DNA of 64,000 nt from an uncultured Pseudomonadota bacterium. Lineage in GTDB: Bacteria; Pseudomonadota; Alphaproteobacteria; Rs-D84. Under the pieces are notes generated by a model. The model was given only the letters and a program-made list of their open reading frames with translations. It was not told the origin of the DNA and searched no databases. Below, piece after piece: positions 59,681 to 64,000 of the stretch (its first letter is position 1; each line of letters begins with the position of its first letter). Where the stretch lies: positions 6,888-70,887 of the forward strand of contig CACYHO010000001.1 of the NCBI GenBank assembly GCA_902774285.1, in the 5' to 3' direction. The position numbers were made by a program, and so were the translations under genes.

Positions 59681-60427
59681 TTATTTTGTTACGTAACAAT
59701 CAAGACCATCAGATTTTGCATTTCTGCAAAAACCATTTGCATCTGTTGCATTTTGGAATGCAACACGCAATCTGTATGTTGTTTGACCTTTAACCTGTGC
59801 GGCCAAGATAACAAATTGTTTGCCACTAAACAAACTGCTGTGCGCCGAACGCAATTTTTGTTCTGCAGATTGTGCAGCAGCGCGTGTACCATAAGAACCA
59901 AATTGAACATAAACGCTGCCATTTGAAGATGCCACTACAGGTTTAGCCACTGGTTTAGCTGCAGGCTTAGCTGCAGGTTTTGCGGCTGGTTTTGCCGTTG
60001 TTTTATCCGGATCAAAAGTTACTTCTTTTCTGTCACCTACAACACGAACAGGTGTGCCGTTTGTTTCCACTGGTTTTACTTCGGCTGGTGCTGGTGCAGG
60101 TTTTGCTTCTGCAACAGGCGCTGGTTTTGGTTGTGGTGCAACCTCTACCGGTTTAACAGGAACCTTCAAATCAGCAACAGGTGCAGGTTCAACATTCGCT
60201 TTTTGAACAGGGGCATCCAAATCAATATTTACACTTGTACCCGAATCGCTTCCAACGCGTGCAATTATAATCCAAGTTGCCAATATAATAATTAAAACCC
60301 CCAACCCCATCAACAACCACGGTTTCTTTGGACGCGGTGTTGTGAAAGGTGTCGCTTCTGGCAAAGCATCAACGCTTGAAGATTCTTCTTCAAGGTCTAA
60401 TAAATCTAATTCTTGATCTTGGTCCAT
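59681..60427 (-). CDS. SPOR-domain cell division protein
   Basis: TM, Pro/Ala/Lys linker with KPAA repeats, VQFGSY...YRLRV...FC...DC. Confidence 0.88.
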   Translation of the reverse strand: MDQDQELDLLDLEEESSSVDALPEATPFTTPRPKKPWLLMGLGVLIIILATWIIIARVGSDSGTSVNIDLDAPVQKANVEPAPVADLKVPVKPVEVAPQPKPAPVAEAKPAPAPAEVKPVETNGTPVRVVGDRKEVTFDPDKTTAKPAAKPAAKPAAKPVAKPVVASSNGSVYVQFGSYGTRAAAQSAEQKLRSAHSSLFSGKQFVILAAQVKGQTTYRLRVAFQNATDANGFCRNAKSDGLDCYVTK

Positions 60428-60487
60428 AATATCCCCCTATTTTTATCTCATAGAGATATTATATCATAAAAAAAGAATAAACCAAAA

Positions 60488-60628
60488 TTATTTTGGCATA
60501 TTTCCAAAATTAGGAGGAACAATCAATTTATGATTTTCTTCAATGATTGGTTCGTTTTCACATTTGCAGCATCCCGCAACACAAACCACCAAAGAACAAA
60601 GTGCCAATAAAATTGCAATTTTTTTCAT
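60488..60628 (-). CDS. 46-aa lipoprotein (DUF3035-like); absent from ORF track
   Basis: MKKIAILLALCSLVVCVAGC lipobox, LIVPPNFG motif, AAGGA RBS. Confidence 0.7.
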   Translation of the reverse strand: MKKIAILLALCSLVVCVAGCCKCENEPIIEENHKLIVPPNFGNMPK

Positions 60629-60647
60629 GATTTCTTTCCTTGTCTTT

Positions 60648-60677
60648 AAAAGGGGCGAAATATTCGCCCCCTATTTT
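60648..60677 (-). terminator. terminator after thrS
   Basis: AGGGGCGAA-ATA-TTCGCCCC hairpin with T-tract on minus strand. Confidence 0.75.
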
Positions 60678-62410
60678 TACAATGGCATTTTAACAGCATC
60701 AACCATTTCAGAAATAAATTCAGACAATGGTTTAACTGATTGGCCTTCTTTACCTAAATGACGCAGTGTTACTGATTTGTCATTCATTTCTTTTTCGCCA
60801 ACAACCGCAATTATTGGCGTTTTTGCTAATGACAATTCACGGACTTTGTAATTTACCTTTTCGTCACGTAAATCAGCACGTGCATATATACCCGCATTAC
60901 TTAAAGATTTCACAACTTCATTTGCATAATCTTTATATTTTTCAGATACAGGGACAACAACAACTGGTTCTGGTGACAACCATAATGGTAAATTACCACC
61001 TGTTGATTCCAATAAAATACCCATAAATCTTTCGATAGAACCTAACATTGCACGATGCAACATTATCGGGCGATGTTTTTCTCCGTCTTCACCAACATAA
61101 GACAAATCAAATCTTTCTGGTAAATTCATATCTAATTGAACTGTACCGCATTGCCATACGCGCCCCATAGAGTCTTTCAAATAATTATCGATTTTTGGAC
61201 CATAAAATGCCGCATCATTTTCCGCAATCTCGTATTCAATACCATTCTTATCTAATGCGTTTTTAAGCGCACCTTCCGCCCTGTCCCAAACTTCATCAGA
61301 ACCGATACGAAATTCAGACAAAGGCCGTGTTGCCAATTTCATTGTAATTTTTTCAAATCCGAATTTACCATAAATATCTTTGATAAAACGCAAGATTTTT
61401 ACAACTTCTTCTTCCAATTGTTCTTCTGTACAGAAAATATGGGCATCGTCTTGGGTAAATTCACGCACACGCATCAAACCAGACAAAGCACCAGCGGCCT
61501 CGTAGCGATTTACTTTACCAAATTCAGCTAAATACAATGGTAAATCTTTATATGATTTCATGCCATTGCCAAACACCAACATACCACCAGGACAAGACAT
61601 AGGCTTTACACAGAAAACTTTACCATCTTGGGTTGTACCAGAATAATTATGCGCACCGTACTTAGCCCAGTGACCAGAACGTTCCCACAAACATCTATCC
61701 ATAACTGACGGTGTGGAAATTTCCTGATAACCAGAACGCTCTTGACGCGCACGAATATATTCAATCAACTTGCGATAAATTTTGTATCCCTTGTCATGCC
61801 AAAATACTGCACCCGGCGCATATTCTGGTTCAAAATGAAACAAATCCATATCTTTACCCAGTTTACGATTATCACGGGCAGCAGCTTCTTCTTGCATTTT
61901 CAAGAAAGATTCCAAAGCTTCTGCACTTTCAAACGCATCAACATAAATACGTTGCAACATTTTATTTTTAGAATCACCTTTCCAATAAGCGCCCGCAACA
62001 TTACGGATTTTAAAACCGTCCCTTGGCAAATCTTTGGATGATGCAACATGTGGTCCACGACATAAATCTGTGAAATCACGGAAAGTATAAATTGATAATA
62101 CTTCGCCATTTGCATCATATTCATTCAACCATTCCATTTTATAAGGCTGATTTTTAAAGATTTCTTTGGCTTCTTCCAAAGATATTTCGCGTCTATCAAA
62201 ACGACCGTCACTTTTAATCAAAGATTTCATTTCTTTTTCGATTGCCGCAAAATCATCTTCGCTGAATCTGTGTTCGGTATCGAAGTCATAATAAAAACCA
62301 TTTTCAATTGCCGGACCACCAGCGAATTTAACATCTGGATATAATTTTTGAACCGCTGCCGCCATTACGTGAGCCAGTGAATGACGAACTGTTTCTATTG
62401 GATAGGACAT
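60677..62410 (-). CDS. thrS: threonine--tRNA ligase (no TGS domain)
   Basis: RHSLAH, DLCRGPH, KPMSCP, RVREFTQDDAH, FYGPKID, HRAMLGSIERF. Confidence 0.98.
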   Translation of the reverse strand: MSYPIETVRHSLAHVMAAAVQKLYPDVKFAGGPAIENGFYYDFDTEHRFSEDDFAAIEKEMKSLIKSDGRFDRREISLEEAKEIFKNQPYKMEWLNEYDANGEVLSIYTFRDFTDLCRGPHVASSKDLPRDGFKIRNVAGAYWKGDSKNKMLQRIYVDAFESAEALESFLKMQEEAAARDNRKLGKDMDLFHFEPEYAPGAVFWHDKGYKIYRKLIEYIRARQERSGYQEISTPSVMDRCLWERSGHWAKYGAHNYSGTTQDGKVFCVKPMSCPGGMLVFGNGMKSYKDLPLYLAEFGKVNRYEAAGALSGLMRVREFTQDDAHIFCTEEQLEEEVVKILRFIKDIYGKFGFEKITMKLATRPLSEFRIGSDEVWDRAEGALKNALDKNGIEYEIAENDAAFYGPKIDNYLKDSMGRVWQCGTVQLDMNLPERFDLSYVGEDGEKHRPIMLHRAMLGSIERFMGILLESTGGNLPLWLSPEPVVVVPVSEKYKDYANEVVKSLSNAGIYARADLRDEKVNYKVRELSLAKTPIIAVVGEKEMNDKSVTLRHLGKEGQSVKPLSEFISEMVDAVKMPL

Positions 62411-62457
62411 AATTTACCTTCTTCTTTTTTATATATTATTATTTAATTGCTTGCTTA

Positions 62458-62486
62458 TTATAATACGCGCGAAAATTTATCGCAAA
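62458..62486 (-). promoter_or_regulatory. proximal sigma70 promoter of thrS
   Basis: TTGCGA-17 nt-TATAAT on minus strand. Confidence 0.6.
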
Positions 62487-62493
62487 TAAAAAT

Positions 62494-62550
62494 CTAGACC
62501 CCCAAAGGGGTTGTAGTAGTCAATGTTAAAACAAATAATTTATAAATCAT
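62494..62550 (-). CDS. Thr-rich leader peptide MIYKLFVLTLTTTTPLGV
   Basis: 5 Thr in 6 codons (ACA TTG ACT ACT ACA ACC) directly upstream of thrS; ATG 7 nt after a -10 box. Confidence 0.7.
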   Translation of the reverse strand: MIYKLFVLTLTTTTPLGV

Positions 62551-62557
62551 GCTTTAT

Positions 62558-62586
62558 ATTCTAGTACCATAAAAACAAAAAGTCAA
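62558..62586 (-). promoter_or_regulatory. distal sigma70 promoter driving the leader
   Basis: TTGACT-17 nt-TAGAAT on minus strand. Confidence 0.7.
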
Positions 62587-62615
62587 AAAAAATCCGCCTT
62601 TACGGCGGATTTCTT
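62585..62615 (-). terminator. terminator after TPR gene
   Basis: AAATCCGCC-GTAAA-GGCGGATTTTTTTT on minus strand. Confidence 0.82.
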
Positions 62616-62619
62616 ATTT

Positions 62620-63573
62620 TTAATTCAAGTCACTCAACAGGTTTTGAAGCCGTGACATACTTTCTTCATCGTTTAATGCGACAGCGATTGCAAACGCTGA
62701 TTCTAAATCAGTTCTTGCGGCATCAACATTCCCGATATTCAAATTCAACGCTGCTGATTTTTCAAAATAAGACATTGCATTGCTTGATTGCTCTTCGCGC
62801 ATATCTTGTGTTGGTGCGGCCTGAATTTGTTCACTTATGATACGAACGGCAGATGTGTAATCGTTAATCGCGTTTTCATATTCACCCAATGCCGTATAAG
62901 CTTCTGCACGTTCTGCATATACATTTGCAGAAATACTGCCCTCTGTTCTTGCCAAAGAATTTGTATAATCAGCAACTGCGCCCTGCCAATTCTTTAACCA
63001 CAAATTCAACTGGCCACGTTTTGCATACAAATCACGCAAATTCAAAACTTCGCTTGGTTTCATAGATTGTGCAGCCAACGCATTGTTAATATCAGTCAAT
63101 GCTGCATCATAATTTTCAAGACGTGCATTCAACAAAGATCTATCATAGAAAGCAACTGCATTCATACCATCTATTTCCAAAGCAGAATCAAAATCACTTA
63201 ATGCCTTTTGATAATCGCCAATTTGCATATACGCCTCACCACGCAAAGTGTATGTATTCGAAGCGGCGTTCGCATCAATCGCAGCATTCAAATCCGTAAT
63301 TGCAGCATCCATATCACCAGCAATTAATTTTTCTTTTGCTGTTGCAATATAATCGTCTGCTTGGGCCAAAATTTCTTCTGTGACAGTCACATTTGTACGT
63401 GGATGTGTAAATTCATGACTGCGTCCCAAAATATAAAATGTAGATGCAATAAAGAACAAAATTATGAACCAATATGCATAAATCGACCAAGACCAAACAC
63501 AACAGCTGTTTTGAACGGCCTTGCTTGCAACTGATGTTGACTTTGTTTTCTTTGTGTTTTTTATTTTTTTCAT
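62620..63573 (-). CDS. membrane-anchored TPR protein
   Basis: N-terminal TM then repeated Y..RG.AY...GDY..A..D units. Confidence 0.85.
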   Translation of the reverse strand: MKKIKNTKKTKSTSVASKAVQNSCCVWSWSIYAYWFIILFFIASTFYILGRSHEFTHPRTNVTVTEEILAQADDYIATAKEKLIAGDMDAAITDLNAAIDANAASNTYTLRGEAYMQIGDYQKALSDFDSALEIDGMNAVAFYDRSLLNARLENYDAALTDINNALAAQSMKPSEVLNLRDLYAKRGQLNLWLKNWQGAVADYTNSLARTEGSISANVYAERAEAYTALGEYENAINDYTSAVRIISEQIQAAPTQDMREEQSSNAMSYFEKSAALNLNIGNVDAARTDLESAFAIAVALNDEESMSRLQNLLSDLN

Positions 63574-63602
63574 AAAGATCTCCCTTCCCTGTTAGTTTGA
63601 TT

Positions 63603-64000
63603 TTAGAAATTTTTTAAAATCAGGTCAATCGTTTTCTTATCTATTTCTAAAATTTTTTCTGGCTTTAAATTTCCTAACTTTACTGGCCCATATGAAATAC
63701 GATGTAAAGCCTTTACAGGCGACCCGATATGCTTTAAAACTATTCTAATTTCGTTCTTCTTACCTTCTGTGACAGTTATCTGTAAATTATGTTCGTCTAA
63801 TTCTTCTATTTTCATCGGACGATAGTTTATGCCATCAATACACACCCCCTTGCGCGCAAGGCATAAACCTTGTTTTGTGTATTTATCCACTGTTGCAATA
63901 TATGTCCGCTCTATATGATTTTGTGGCAAAGACATTTTACGCGCCAAATCGCCATTATTTGTTAACAACAATAAACCAGTAGTTTTAAAATCCAAGCGTC
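63603..64000 (-). CDS. RsuA/RluB-family pseudouridine synthase, C-terminal part (runs off window end)
   Basis: RLDFKTTGLLLLTNNG, EGKKNEIR, LHRISYG. Confidence 0.9.
   Translation of the reverse strand, partial: RLDFKTTGLLLLTNNGDLARKMSLPQNHIERTYIATVDKYTKQGLCLARKGVCIDGINYRPMKIEELDEHNLQITVTEGKKNEIRIVLKHIGSPVKALHRISYGPVKLGNLKPEKILEIDKKTIDLILKNF

Noticed and set aside
59935-59995. Degenerate 12-bp tandem repeat in the SPOR gene
   Set aside because: Encodes an ordinary KPAA/KPVA linker with synonymous variation; not a DNA-level element
11329-62615. Recurring CCGCC...GGCGG stems (11334, 13292, 21766, 59437, 62594) as REP or DNA-uptake sequences
   Set aside because: All sit at gene ends with A/T tracts and variable loops, so ordinary terminators explain them; no obvious enrichment in coding DNA by eye (a k-mer count would settle it)

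Overview
Low-GC, gene-dense chromosomal segment of a reduced-genome alphaproteobacterium. The ftsE-ftsX-ydcF-plsC block, SPOR-tatA, tatB-tatC-nlpD, alpha-type ParE and DksA support this. A host-associated lineage such as Rs-D84 is an inference. Most of the window is housekeeping (fabF/acpP, lepA/rbfA, tolB, fba, efp, dnaN, uvrC, parE, dnaJ, dnaA, dprA, plsY, suf, gatCAB, miaB, tat, lolA, recJ, ftsL/ftsI, trxA, dksA, thrS) plus tRNA-Phe(GAA) and tRNA-Lys(CTT). No CRISPR, rRNA, IS or prophage was seen. The most notable items are mostly not evident from the ORF track: (1) a leaderless Thr-rich leader peptide (MIYKLFVLTLTTTTPLGV) with a hairpin upstream of thrS; (2) a leader peptide (MTHLLVVGAFM) with complete 1:2/2:3/3:4 attenuator geometry between dnaN and efp; (3) an intact arm-type tyrosine integrase ORF that lacks the catalytic motifs and sits among core genes; (4) scattered type IVb pilus genes, with a secreted GH24 lysozyme-TPR fusion directly behind the secretin; (5) a CdaA diadenylate cyclase plus a DHH/DHHA1 phosphoesterase, unusual for Alphaproteobacteria; (6) an RtT-like repeat duplicating the tRNA-Lys 3' end. 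All family assignments come from motif recognition by eye. No searches or folding programs were run.
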